NCBI GenBank assembly: GCA_951406725.2
Contig: OX597821.1
Span: 69,626,001 to 69,690,000, forward strand
Reading direction: 5' to 3'
DNA length: 64,000 nucleotides
DNA from: Octopus vulgaris
Taxonomy: Eukaryota
A model generated the notes under the pieces. That model was not told the DNA's origin and did no database searches. It was given only the letters and a program-made list of their open reading frames with translations. This document shows positions 15,843 to 28,520 of the stretch, piece by piece. Each line of letters starts with the position of its first letter. The first letter of the stretch is position 1. Position numbers and translations under genes: made by a program.

Positions 15843-16424
15843 GACTTTGATACTTTGATAGGTTTCAGCCAGTATTGGCCTAGGCCATGTCAAACTTAAT
15901 AGCATCACCTGGCAAAGTCATTCAAATCAGGAATCGGACAACACGGCCTACTCGAGGAGAGAGTTATTGTTTACTGAGACATCTCAGGGTTTTGAAGATT
16001 TATCTGGGATTTCTTGAAGGAATTTGTCCAAAGACTACTTGAACTTTATGGGGTTTGTTTCTGCTTTAATGTGTTTTGGTATAATGTTAAAGAGAGCGGG
16101 ATCAATTAAGGTGAAATAATTGTGCCGTATTGTGTTATGTGACGCGAGTATGATTTATGTTGTGGGCGGACGGGCCCAGGCCTTGGGAGTATCTTAAATG
16201 TGATACCAACATCATTTGGACAATGCTGAGGGAATATTTTCCACATCATGCAGATAATGTAGCTCTCACGGCGGCGTTGGAGAGAATAAAGCTTGAGCTT
16301 TTCTAGTCGATCCCAATAGCTAATACCTGTCATCTATCATTTTTGTAATTGACCTTGAGGTGCTTCAACTTTCATGAAACTTTATTTCATGTGAGGAGAC
16401 AACAGTGGACAACAGTATTCAAGG
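15843..16424 (-). mobile_element. CR1/L2-like LINE 3' fragment, related subfamily
   Basis: LEYCCPLLSPH, MTGISYWDRLEKLKLYSLQRRRESY; ends in a stem-loop plus tatcaaag repeats. Confidence 0.88.
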
Positions 16425-16953
16425 AAAAGTCGGGCAAATGTCGAGAAGAGATAATCCTCTGGGATTTCCCAATCCAAACAGATCAGGTGCTAGAGCATAA
16501 CAGACTGGATCTAGGGGAGGTGGATAAGGTGCACCACTATTGCTATATAGTTAATGTTGCATGTCCTTTAACCCATGAATAGTCAAGAAGGAAGGCGAAA
16601 AGATAGATAGATACAATCCTCTTACGTGAGAAATAGCCCGGCTATGGAAAATGAAGAAGGTGAACACAGTGCCTATTATTGTTGGGTCTTTGAGAACAGT
16701 ACCAGAAGGCATCAAAATGAATATAAAGGAAATTGGAATAGAGTGCCTTGTAGAACTGTTACAAACGTTTTGCTTATTTGGCACGGTCAGAATAATCAGG
16801 AAAGTATTAGATAGCTGAAAAGAGTGAATAACATAGTAGCATTGCTGCAGACAGCAAGCCCGCTACGCATGAAGACCCCAGGAGCTCCAACAAAACCTGT
16901 GATAAACAGAAAATAAATAGATAATAATAATAATAATGATAATAGTAATAATG

Positions 16954-17015
<62 letters not shown>
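16425..17015 (+). mobile_element. R4/Dong-like non-LTR retrotransposon 3' end with (TAA)n tail
   Basis: Restriction-like endonuclease peptides LWDFPIQTDQVLEHNRLD and EIARLWKMKKVNTVPIIVGSL; ends in (TAA)n, the known Dong-type target. Confidence 0.85.
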
Positions 17016-17016
<1 letters not shown>

Positions 17017-17142
17017 GACAATTTGGTGTGCTTATTTTAATAGCCAACCAATGTATACAGAGCGTTTTTCTGCCTAAGGTGTGAGGAAGATACCTATCAA
17101 GAAATGGAAACAGTTGAAAAATGATGATGATGATGATGATGA

Positions 17143-17198
<56 letters not shown>

Positions 17199-17782
17199 AT
17201 AATAATAATAATAATAATGTATACTATAATGGCGAAAGCTACTTACTAATTAGGTATGTAACAATTACTAAAAGTAGTAAAAGAAAGCAATTATTAAAAG
17301 CTTGAGTGTCTGGAGAGGAAGGAATTACAACCGTGTTTCGTAGTCTGCTACCACAACAGCTCCTTCATAGGATCTAGTTAGCTCAATACATCATCAGGAG
17401 GAACCACGTCCGGTTTCGGCCCCTACTCCTCTACCGTTTTGACGTGCCCCCCCCCCCTTTCGGAGGTGTCTTCAGCTCTGGTGTTCGGTGCATGTCTTCT
17501 TTCTTCTTTCTTCTGTTCCCTGGCCTCTTCGATGTATCGTCAGCGAGTGTCAGCCGGTAACTGACTGACTTGTCAAAATTTTCCCTTTAAATACCTCCCG
17601 CTAGGCTCCAGCAGGCAGCCCCAGTAAGTTGTCACGTGACACTGTCTCACCGTAACTGACTAGTGAAGGCGCGTAGTTTAAGCCCGCGCATTTTCTAAAC
17701 GACCGTCACCTGTCAGTCAGCGAAGCTGATTCAGTGTCAGCTTGTCTCAGTGATGTTATTTCCCGCCAGCATGTTATGACTT

Positions 17783-18415
17783 TCAAGCCATTTTCGGGCT
17801 TCCTGCTTCAGCCGTATATAGAAGTTGGCTTTTTCGACCGCCTCCCGTACTCTCCTTATTAGTTTTCGCAGCTCTTTTGAAAAGCGTTGTCATTTTCCTT
17901 TCAATGAAGCCTCTAGCCCCCACTGCCAGGTGATCATATTCGACATCCCATCCCTGTTCTCTGCATTCTTCGACTAGCTTTTCGTACCTCTTCTCCTTCC
18001 GTTCTTCTGCATTGCCGATGTTCTCTTCCCAAGGTACTGTCAGTTCTAGTAAAATTCCTATTCTCCGGTCTCTGTTCCATAGGACTAAATCCGGTCTTTT
18101 TGTTGTTTTTATTAGTGGAAATATTACTTGTCTTTCCAAGTCCGTGGCCACCTCCCAGTATCCATTCCATCTTTCGTCTGTCTCGTATACTTTTCTTGTA
18201 GGCCTGGTTTTATTTCTTTTTCTCTCTTTGTGGAAGTATACTTTCCTGCGCTTTTCTACTTTTGGGTACTCTCCCCTATTGTACCTCTCGATCTTCTCCT
18301 TGAGTGCTACGCTTATGACGCCGAGGACTTGATTATGCCGCCATGTATATCTTTCTAGTGCTAGTCTGCAACTTGACAGAACATGTTTAACCGTCGCTTT
18401 CTCTTCGCATTTTTA
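17783..18415 (-). mobile_element. HERO-like non-LTR retrotransposon C-terminus (CCHC remnant plus restriction-like endonuclease)
   Basis: CEEKATVKHVLSSC, RYTWRHNQVL, RPDLVLW...LLELTVPWEENIGNAEERKEKRY...GARGF. Confidence 0.85.
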
Positions 18416-18937
18416 TAAATTCATGTTCCTAGAAATTTCCTATAATTTTGATTTCTCAAGTTTATCGAATTTTCCTACCCCAGTTTCTCGCAAACTTAAA
18501 TATTCACAGCCTCCAACTCATCACTAATTTAAATATTCATTGTATTCACTGCAGAGTATTCCATTTTCCTTTTCAAAGCCTCTCACTTATTCTTTTAAGT
18601 TTTAATTCGCTATTAATGTATACATAATGTAAAAACAATATCTATTGAATTAATTTTTTTCTTTCAAGTAGTAGTATAATTTTTGAACGTGGGTTAGCTG
18701 TGAGAAGGGCCTAGAAAGTTGGGTAATTATTATTAGAAGACAAGGAGAAAGAAAAGTTATCAATAAGTACTCGAAACTTACACCTTAATCACAGTTTCCA
18801 AACACAACTTCAACAGTCACACACATACACACACACTCACACGCACCAATACACACTCACGCACACACATAAATACACATACACACAAATGAAAGGCAAT
18901 GAATGTGCGTGTGTATGTGTGTGTGCGTGTGCGTGTG

Positions 18938-18989
<52 letters not shown>

Positions 18990-19179
18990 TGTGTGTGTGT
19001 GTGTGTGTGTGTGCTATTCACTCGCAAAACTTCGCGGTGCCTCACTTTTGTGACGTTTTGTCAGTGAACAAGTCGCGGTTTCAAAAGCGACGAAAATATG
19101 TTGACACAAATGAACTTTTAATGCCAACGATGACCTACCCAGGCTCTCCAAAATTTTAATTTCTAAACAGAAACAATCG

Positions 19180-19887
19180 GGGGCAACGAATAGGGTCGCA
19201 AAAAATTCCTAATTTCTCAAATTTCCTTTTTTACATAAATGTATTTATGCCGTAAAAATATTGAAAAACTTTGATACATGCGAAAGCGATAAAGAAACGC
19301 GGTGGGTTGTCTTTGGATGTGCTAGAAACACTAGCTACATCGCCCTTAAATCACTTTTCCCTCTGAAAATATTAAGAATTTAAAAAGAAGTTTTACCGAA
19401 AATGCTCTTCCCATAGTTTTGAAGTGCAAAAAAAAAATAATTAATGGCCAAAATAGGTCCTGAGTGAGGTTATGAGGTAGTGGGGTGTAAAAATAAAGTT
19501 TTTAAAACTTTTTCAAAGAAAGATGCACCTCATCATTTCGAAGGCTGTGGTTTTAAAAAATGGGGGAAAATTCCCGAAAAAAATTTCCCCACAAATTTCT
19601 TTTTAATCGTAATCTATGCCATTTGATTTGTATAAATTTTTATTAAAATATACCCATCTTCCTGAAAGTTATGAGGGGAAAAAAACAGATCGTGTGAATT
19701 TTCTGAAACATCTCTCTCCACCCCCTCGCAAAAATTCTTTACTATAAATCCCTATATACTCTGAAGCCACAACATCTAAGCGGTATTTGTAGAAAATTTT
19801 CTTAAAAAGTATTCATTTTTCTGGATGTTATGAGGCAACAAGGTCGGTGGCGGATACTTCTGTGGTAATGTCCTTTTATTTATATGA
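19180..19887 (-). mobile_element. Possible non-autonomous Helitron-type element
   Basis: Minus strand begins A|TCATATAAATAAAAG, like the 5' end at 54520; recurring ttatgagg sub-motifs. No clear 3' CTRR end found. Confidence 0.35.
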
Positions 19888-19899
19888 TTTTTCATTTCA

Positions 19900-20432
19900 T
19901 GCTTATTTCATTCATTGTTTGCAAAGCTTACAGATGGGCTGCCGAATTGAACACCACGTTTCAACACCACGTTTCTAGTGAAAACCCTGTTTTGGATGGT
20001 CCGTTTCAGTATTAATTAATTCTTCCATTCTTCTCCACGATGTTCTCTCTCATTCGATTTCCCTCCTTTGTGCTGCTTCCTCTTCCATTTCACCTTGTCG
20101 CCTTTGCGATGCTCTCATTCTTAGATATTCTCTCCTCACTGCTGCCTGCTCTTCTATTTCATCTTGGCGCTTTTGTGCTGCTGCTCTTTCTCTCTCTCTC
20201 TTTGGATATCTCTGCTTTGTGCAATTAGGTGATCCTTTTCATTTTGACGTCTTCGAGTCTGTCTTCTTGCACCTTGCGCTCGTCTCTCTTGTCTCACTTC
20301 TTGTGATTGATCTAATAACCTTGATGCATTGTTTAATCTTCTTGCGTCCAGTTCTTCCCGAGTGAGACTGGCTGTTCTTCACCTTTGTCTCTCTCTGGTT
20401 AACCGTCACCTTCTGTCTGAATCATTCTCAAT
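19900..20432 (-). pseudogene. Decayed coding fragment with 23-aa R/E-rich (STPR-like) repeats, possibly from a Helitron ORF
   Basis: KRQDEIEEQAAVRREYLRMRASQRRQGEMEEEAAQRREIE*ERT, 69-nt periodicity, in-frame stops. Confidence 0.5.
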
Positions 20433-20491
20433 AGCAGGTGGGTGAGTATATTTAATGCAACGGAACACAAACTTCAAAACGAATGAGTATA

Positions 20492-20555
<64 letters not shown>

Positions 20556-20998
20556 CGTGTGTACGTTAGTTTGTTTATATTTCTATACGTAACCATACAA
20601 AGTCCAAAATTACACAGGATTACATTAACACCATACACACACACAGACTTAATTTTTCCAGCAACGTCTACAGGTTCTCTATATATCTCTGTCTCTCAAT
20701 CTCTTTACCGCTTGAAATGGAAAAAAGATCTTGAAGACAAACTTCACCGCCTTGGCAAAATTCTTCATTCATAAATATTTACAAACATCACTGTATCGGC
20801 AGTATTTGTAAATACTTTGCAACTCATTAAGCAGAAAAATTTCCCAGAACAGCCAAACATCCATAGAGATATAGAAAAAATAATTTTGAGGTGCAAAAAT
20901 CTTATTTACTTATCTGATATATTGTTATTGATGTTTACCAGGAAGAAGAAAAATCATTGTTCACCGAATAAAAATGAAAATGTTGTTGTTGAGAGAGA

Positions 20999-21075
<77 letters not shown>

Positions 21076-21212
21076 GGAGATAGGGAGGGAGAGAGGGAGG
21101 GAGAGAATTAGAGAGAGAGAGAGGGGAGAGAGAGTGAGAGAATTAGAGAGAGAGAGAGAGTGTGAGAGAATTAGAGAGAGAGAGTGTGTGTGTGTGTGTA
21201 TGTGTGCGTCTG

Positions 21213-21290
<78 letters not shown>

Positions 21291-21557
21291 TGATAGAGTG
21301 AGAGAAAGAGAGGCAGCGTTCATCAATAAAGTGAAAATGTTTTTGTTGAGAGAGTGAGAGGCGTTGTTTGAAACAGCTCCCTCTCTCATCGTTATTACCA
21401 TTTTGTCTCTTCTCTTTTTTTACTCTTACTTACACTGCTACTTCCTCATTGCGTGATTTTGGGCAAACTTACAAACAAGCTCATTATTATAATAGATGGG
21501 AATCAAATGTGAAAATATTATCAAAGAGCATGCAGAAAACGATAAAAATAATAAGTA

Positions 21558-21752
21558 CATGAGAAGTACTTGGAGCAAATACGGGTGGCAATGAAGGTGG
21601 CGCACTTGCAGAAAACAGCACTGCTTGGAACCACTCGAATACTCCTACAGTGCACGAAAAATAAGGGGTGTTACCTTAGTTCCTTGGTAGTGAATGGCTG
21701 ACACCATAGTACATCTCCAGCGTTAGAAGCTGTGCAAAGACAAAATAATAAT
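21558..21752 (+). mobile_element. R4/Dong-like 3' terminus
   Basis: EKYLEQI...HLQKTALLGTTRIL; 3' UTR shared with 60932-61048; aataataa tail. Confidence 0.8.
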
Positions 21753-23570
21753 TATTATTATCATTAAATGAATACTCACAGCTTATTTTGCTGAGTATGA
21801 CGGAATGTGTCAGCTGTCCACAGCCAGTAGACTAAGGTGACACTTATTTACTGGTAATGTCAAGTGCAAGAACTCTGCAAAGAATTCTTGCAGTTCCAAG
21901 CAATGCTGATCTTTATAGGCGTTCTATCTTCATACTTGCATCAATCTTTTTCAGCCATGTTGGTAGCTGAGTACTGATACTTCCAAGTGCACCAGTTACT
22001 ATTGGTACCACCTCTACTCTCTTCATTGACCACAGCATTCCTATTTCACACTTTAAATCGTCATGGTTATTTATATTTTCTTCTTCTTTCCCGTTGATCC
22101 TGTTGTCACCAGGGCATGCCATATCAATTATCATACATGTCCTTTCTGTTTTTATTCACCACAACAACGTCCGGTTTTGTATATTTGGTCAGGTGATTGC
22201 AATCGATCATTACATCCCACAGGATTTTGCAATTCTCATTTTCAGTGACTCCTACTGAGGTTTGCTGATACCAAGTCTTTGCTCTTTGTACGCAGTGATT
22301 TCCACAGAGCCCAATGGATTATTCTTGCCACATTGTCATGGCGTCGTTTGTATTCGCGTTGCCCCAATTTCAGACATTCGCCAACGATGTGCCACACCGT
22401 TTCACCCCTCTTACCACACATTTTGCATTTGTCGCTATCGGTTGTCAATTTTGTATTTCATATAATTGGTCCTTAACGCTTGTTCCTGAGCTGCGCATAT
22501 GAGTACTTTTGCCTCCATCTTCAGGTCACTCCTCCTCATCCATAGCCACCGGTCCTCTGTATCTTTTCTTGGCATTCACACCTCTTGCAAACTGACCGTA
22601 CATTTCCCCTTCTATGCGTTCTTTTTTTAGGTTCATTTCTTGTTTAAATTTGTCTTTAATCACACAATTTTCAGTTTAAATGACGCCGGCCTTCTTCGTG
22701 TGTTTCAGCTATGGCTTCACGGCATTTCTTATATACCACCCTAAGCTGTTTTCCTCTGCTTCGATACATTCCTAGCAACTGATCAAAATCTCCCACCCTT
22801 TCTTCTGGACAAGTACAGCCTATCAATGTCACTCTTAGGGTTGGAGGCTCTGTGGACTGTTAACATTTTTATGCTCTTGGCATCCATTTTCTTCATTTCT
22901 CTCTTTTGCCATTTTATAATTCCCGATCCATACCGAAATGATGCTATCACTCGCGGATTAACTGCTTGTATTTTATTCCATCCAGTCAATTTTGAGCGCT
23001 GCACCAACCTCACTCTTCGGAAATACTACACCCTCAGTTGCTCTTTCATTTCTTTTCCATTATCTCGTTGCACTCTAGTACACCAACGTATTTGAATCCT
23101 TCTGTTTCAATTTGTTTAATCAAGTCTCTACTCGGTTATTCTATCCCTGCTACGGACTGTACCTTGCCTCTTTTTAGGTAAATTACTCTGCACTTCATCA
23201 GTCCAAATTTCCTTCTAATATCAATACTAAAACAGCGAACCATGTTCACCAAGGAACTCACTTGTGTCTCAACTTAGCCATGCAGTTTGAAATCATTCAT
23301 GAAGAGGAGGTGGCTGATTGTTTGGGAATTCATCTTTAGTTGGTACGCCAAGTTCATTTTCCTGAGTACCAAGTTCAGGGGTATCATGCAGAGAACGAAA
23401 AGCAACAGAGATAGACTGACACCCTAGAAAATCCTTCTTCTGATACCCAGGGTGCCCAAGCCTTTTCCGTAAGATGTCTGTTCAGTTTTCCATTCCACCA
23501 TACTTCACTTCAAGAAACACGTTACATTCCTCGCAAAAAAATTCCAAACAAATATAAGCACTCGATGATC
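21753..23570 (-). mobile_element. Degraded R4/Dong-like retrotransposon (RT, CCHC, endonuclease)
   Basis: LLFVLCMIPLNLVLRK, ISHLLFMNDFKL, SDIDRLYLSRRKGGR, CKMCGKRGETVWHIVGEC, YKRRHDNVARIIHW, IIDMACP, VVPIVTGALG, SALLGTARIL. Confidence 0.92.
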
Positions 23571-24525
23571 AGGCTGCCAATCAAGGTTCATGAGTTCTGT
23601 CCACCCGTTTTCGGAATGGCCATTAACTCTTTTAAGTTCCTCTTCATTTGCCGAGTTTTGTTTTTTTATCTCTCAGGGTGTTGAAATTCCACCCTCCTTA
23701 CCAAGTGAGGTTGCCGGTTTAGTATCCGACGACTCGATGGTTTCACAACGCCACTTGTTAATCATTCTAGGTAATTCTTGTTCACTATTATAATTTCAAG
23801 TTGGGACTACCATAGCTAAGATATCGAAGTTTATAAACAACGTTTCACAGTTTTAAGAAGCTATAGTATTCTATCTATAAACACCTCGTCGTATTTACTG
23901 TGAAGGAATTTATCCTTGGCAAATCACATCATACTTAAGATATAAAAATCTATAAACATCTCAAAGTTTTAGCAAACATAGAAAGTACTATAAAAGGTTT
24001 ACACATTTTGCGCGGGGAGCTGTTAAATGAATGTCACCGTGTGAATGATTTCAGCAGTACTAGGAACCCATTAGAAGAGGAAGGGGAAGGAGAGAGAGAA
24101 GAGAAAGAAGGCAGGTAAGCTAGCCAAAATCCCAGCGTGAAGGCGAATTTATGTATAGAACTCTAGATTTCGTTGTGAGGACCTAGCAATATTTGCTCCA
24201 ACACTTATGTATGAGTGGAAAATTTAAACTTTTGAATCAAAGATGCAACTCCTTCAATGACCTTTCTGGAAGACCTTTATGCTTACTCACTTTCACTCCT
24301 TAGACTTGGCTTGACTTGAGGCCATGGTAAAAAAAATAAATAAATAAAAATAAATAAAAAAAAGAATGTATTAACCGTTCGGCAATGAATCCAGAAAATG
24401 GTCATGTTTGTCTGATGAAAAGAAATACTTCAAAAATTATGTCCGTCACAACCAGAGAAAATGGCTAGATTCTTTGTTAGGACTAGTTTTTAAAATAATT
24501 TTCAGTTACTTGAGTTATTTATTAC

Positions 24526-24582
<57 letters not shown>

Positions 24583-26269
24583 GTTATTATTTATTATTAT
24601 TATTATTATATCTTTTTGCAACTTAAGCCACGCAGGAAGAACACTGTGCTTCTTAGACAAAGACTGATGCTCTCGAAGTTCAATTTGAATAGTTATATAA
24701 GTTAATCCTTACAGTAAAACGTAGTCGTGGATGCACCAAATAGAGACCATCTATGTGGTTGCTCACCCTGCTTGAGATCGTAACCATGTACCCTCTTTGT
24801 TTTAAATGAAGCAAGAACACATTAGCTTTAAGCCCTCAATGCGAATGAAATTGTAGGCGCTCTGTCGTGTTACACGGCGTGAATTTAATATCTACACTTG
24901 ACCGGAGCTCATTCTTCTCCCTGTCTTACCACAGAGAAAGAGAGAGATGGAGGAAGAAAGAGATTGAGAGAGGGAGAGATTGAGGAAGGGACAGATTGGA
25001 GGGAGAGATCGAAGGAAGGAGAAAGAGAGGGAATATAAATCGTCCCAGAAGGAGACTATTTTTGGACACTGAACGGATAAAGTGTGTCGAAGGGATTTGA
25101 ACCCAAAATGCAGCCAACCGGAACAAGGATTATAAGGTAATCCATTCGACACGCTAACGACTCTCTTAATTCCTTTGTGCAGTTCTAGATTTGCCCTGAA
25201 AATGCATTGTTTATCAACGTTCGAATGCCTTTGATTATATTTTTGGCGCATCAAGTTTGACCCGGAGCTAGACAACAGAAGAACAACAGCAACAGCATAA
25301 CGCTGAGATTAATTACGTGATAACAAGCTATGGAGCATATGAATCAATTGATTCTATAAAAATTATATTTCTTAATGTTCTTTAATCAAATTTTGGGTCT
25401 ATAACACCTAATTAGGAGTATGCAGGTGCAATAACTAGATTAAAATTGCAATTATTTGTGTGTCAATAGCGATTTTATGAATTGGGTGGTAAATTCTCGA
25501 AATTGTTTTAGAGCAAGATTAAACATTTATTCTTAACTATAATCACTTCTTGTGCTGCATGTTGTGTAGTTTCACTTTTCTTTCTTACTCTACAGTAAAT
25601 TTTATAAAGCCTCACTGTAGTTAAATAACAATGTGAACACATTCCTTTTATGCTTTTGATATGCTGAAACAAGAACGAACGAGTCTCCTGTCAGACAGTT
25701 TCACAGTTTGTTAAACACTCCTCAGAGGAGGCGTACCCAGCTTCTTTTCTCAATAAAACAGCTGCGTATGAGTTAGTTGTGAATTAACGTGTGGTAGCTA
25801 ACCTAATTTACATATTTCTACGGCTCAATACCTATTTATCCATGGTACAGCGGAATCAGAAGACAGAAAGAAAAAATATTATAAAGCCTCACCATGAGTG
25901 AAATAAGAGTGTAAACAATGTTTTTCTATAATACTTATGCGCAAAAAAGTTGGGGGACCCTCCCCGATGATCCACTCTTCAGAGACTACACACAGTTTTC
26001 GTTCTTTATCATCACACATCAACTACTTATAAAGCAGTCGTAAACTAGCTGAGCACCGTAGTGGATATTCTAACTTACCTATTGATGCTTTTGACAGCTT
26101 GCCATTAATTAAACAATATCTGTGAGGAAACTTTCTCCTTCCTTTTGCCCGTACATCAGTTAGAGTGAATGAATTCACATTCATATTTAGCTCATAGTGA
26201 GATCTTGTCATATTTCAGACGTACTTTAGTTCTCCTGATCTATGCTATCCATGAAGTAGATTTTGCTTA

Positions 26270-26640
26270 AACTTATCTTTTACCTTCTGTTACTTGTTTC
26301 AGTCACAGAACTGAGGCCATGCTGGTGCACCACATTAAAGGCTCTAGTAGAATAAATTGATCTTAGTACTTCTCAAAATCTGGTACTTATTCTATCGGCT
26401 TATTTTGCCGAACAGCTAAGTTGCAAGAGACGTAAACAAACCAACTCCAGTTTCAAGCGCCGTGGGTGTGCAAACGCAAATACTAATAAAAACAATACAC
26501 ACACACACACAAACATGATGAGCTTCCATACTGTTACCCCTTGCTAAACTCACTGAAAGGGCATTGGTCGTCACACTCGCCGAAGGTGCCGTGTAGTGGG
26601 ACTGAACGCAAAACCATGCGGTTCCTTACAAAGAGCACAC
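26270..26640 (-). mobile_element. Degraded SINE family A
   Basis: ttacttgtttcagtca, tacttattctatcgg and gtgggactgaac blocks. Confidence 0.75.
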
Positions 26641-27229
26641 ACACAGACACATAAATATACGTATACGCCATCATCATCATCATCATCATCACAACCATCA
26701 CCATTGCCCTCGCCCTCCTACACTTCATCCTCCTCATCATGATGATGATGATCATCATCATCATCATTGACATAGCCTTCGTACAACGACTTGACGAATT
26801 CCTACCCATATGTTCGCTCAGTCCTTTTCCATCCTCCCTTACGCACTGGTACATACGCATACACGTACACACACACACACATACACACACACACACATAC
26901 ACACACACACACACACATGTATGTACATACACATACACATACCCATTCACTAATAAACTATAACGCTTACAAGGCGATTTCTCAAGACCTTCCAAACTTT
27001 CCTTTCTTTGCCGCCCACCCACCCTCAAACCCACCCGCCACCCACTTATATATTTATTTATTCATTACTTATATATATGTTTATTTATTTCTTTTATACC
27101 TATTTTTGTTAAACTCTTCAACATATTCTTGTAAAGATGACAGTAATGTATTCGTTCAAGCGACAAAAACCGATGAGAATTTCAACACGAAATGGAGAAA
27201 AGAAACAAACCACCACTTATCTTCGCTTT

Positions 27230-27368
27230 CCTTCCTCTCTTGCGTTTTTCCTTTTTGGTTTTTCTTCCTCGCTCACTCCCCTTTTCCCTTTTCGTCTTTC
27301 TTTTTCTTTCCTCCATTCTTTCTTCCGTTCATACTCTTTTTTTCTCTTTCCTTCTTTCTTTCTTTCCT

Positions 27369-27448
<80 letters not shown>

Positions 27449-27800
27449 TTTCTTTCATTTATTCAATTTCATTTCTTCGTCGTCTCTTGTTCATTGTTTC
27501 TTTCACTCTTACTGTTTCTTCCCTTCATACTCTTTTTCTCTTTCTTTCTTTTTCTTTTATTCATTCATTCATTCATTTCTTCGCTGTCTCTCGTTCATTA
27601 TTTCTTAACTTATTCCTGCTTTTCTTCATTTCATTATTTCTATACACTTATCCCAGTGTTTCTTTTCCTTTTCCTCTCTCTTTCTTTCGTGTTTAATATT
27701 TGTCACTTCACTCTCTTTCTCTCTCTCTCCCCTTTTCCTTCTTCCTGCTACTCTTTCTATCTTTCTTTTCTCTCTATTTTTCTCACTACCCTTCCCAGCC
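27230..27800. repeat. Polypyrimidine low-complexity region with (TTTC)n core
   Basis: Direct reading; source of the F/S/L-rich ORFs. Confidence 0.9.
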
Positions 27801-28284
27801 CCTCAAGTCTGAACGGGGATGCCCTCCCCTGATATCACCTTAGCTGTGATATTGCTAAGTGACATGTTGTTTCAAGAAACACAACACCCTCTTTAGACTG
27901 GAAAACTTTTACTGATAGCTGGTCGCCTTTTCCACCCCAAACCGACCTCCTCCAACAACACTCCATCGACAGTTTATCTTAAATGAAAGTCTGTTTACTG
28001 TTGGACAAATAAAAACACAAATATACAAACAATTCGAACTCAGTTCATCCAAGGTGGTGGATGACTGCAGAATCAGTGGAGCGTCAAATGAAATAATGGT
28101 GAAATATGCCAGCAGAACCGGTAAAGTGGTTGAAATGATTGACCTGGATGTCAGCGATCGAGAAACAAACGAAATAGCGGCGGTGGAATAACAGCAACTC
28201 GTAAAGAGCAGATCAAAAGAACCGAATAGTGATGGCGGAGAGCAGCACGGAATCGAAATGTTTGAAAGTAGGATTATTGACAAA

Positions 28285-28520
28285 ACAAATCGCCGTGGAA
28301 CAGCGAGAAACTAAAATATGACTTATAATTATTCTTAATATATTCAGGTGTATTCGAACAGGGGATATGCCAATCACTGTTGTGTTCCTATCATAAGAGA
28401 ACGACTTCTCCTTTATGACGAACATGCTTTGCTAATAACACATTTGATTCATTAGTGCAAGGGAGACGGGGACACACAGCATTTAGACATCGTTTAGTCT
28501 TGTCAGCCAAAATCAGTAAG
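28285..28520. repeat. Dispersed repeat related to 62780-63300
   Basis: Shared acttctcct.tatgacgaaca and gattcattagtgcaag(gga) blocks. Confidence 0.75.

Noticed and set aside
23670-23760. Possible HDV-like ribozyme upstream of the Dong-like element
   Set aside because: No consistent nested double pseudoknot found manually.
26791-27832. 301-aa and 231-aa hydrophobic ORFs resembling membrane proteins
   Set aside because: Derived from (TTTC)n and polypyrimidine low-complexity DNA.
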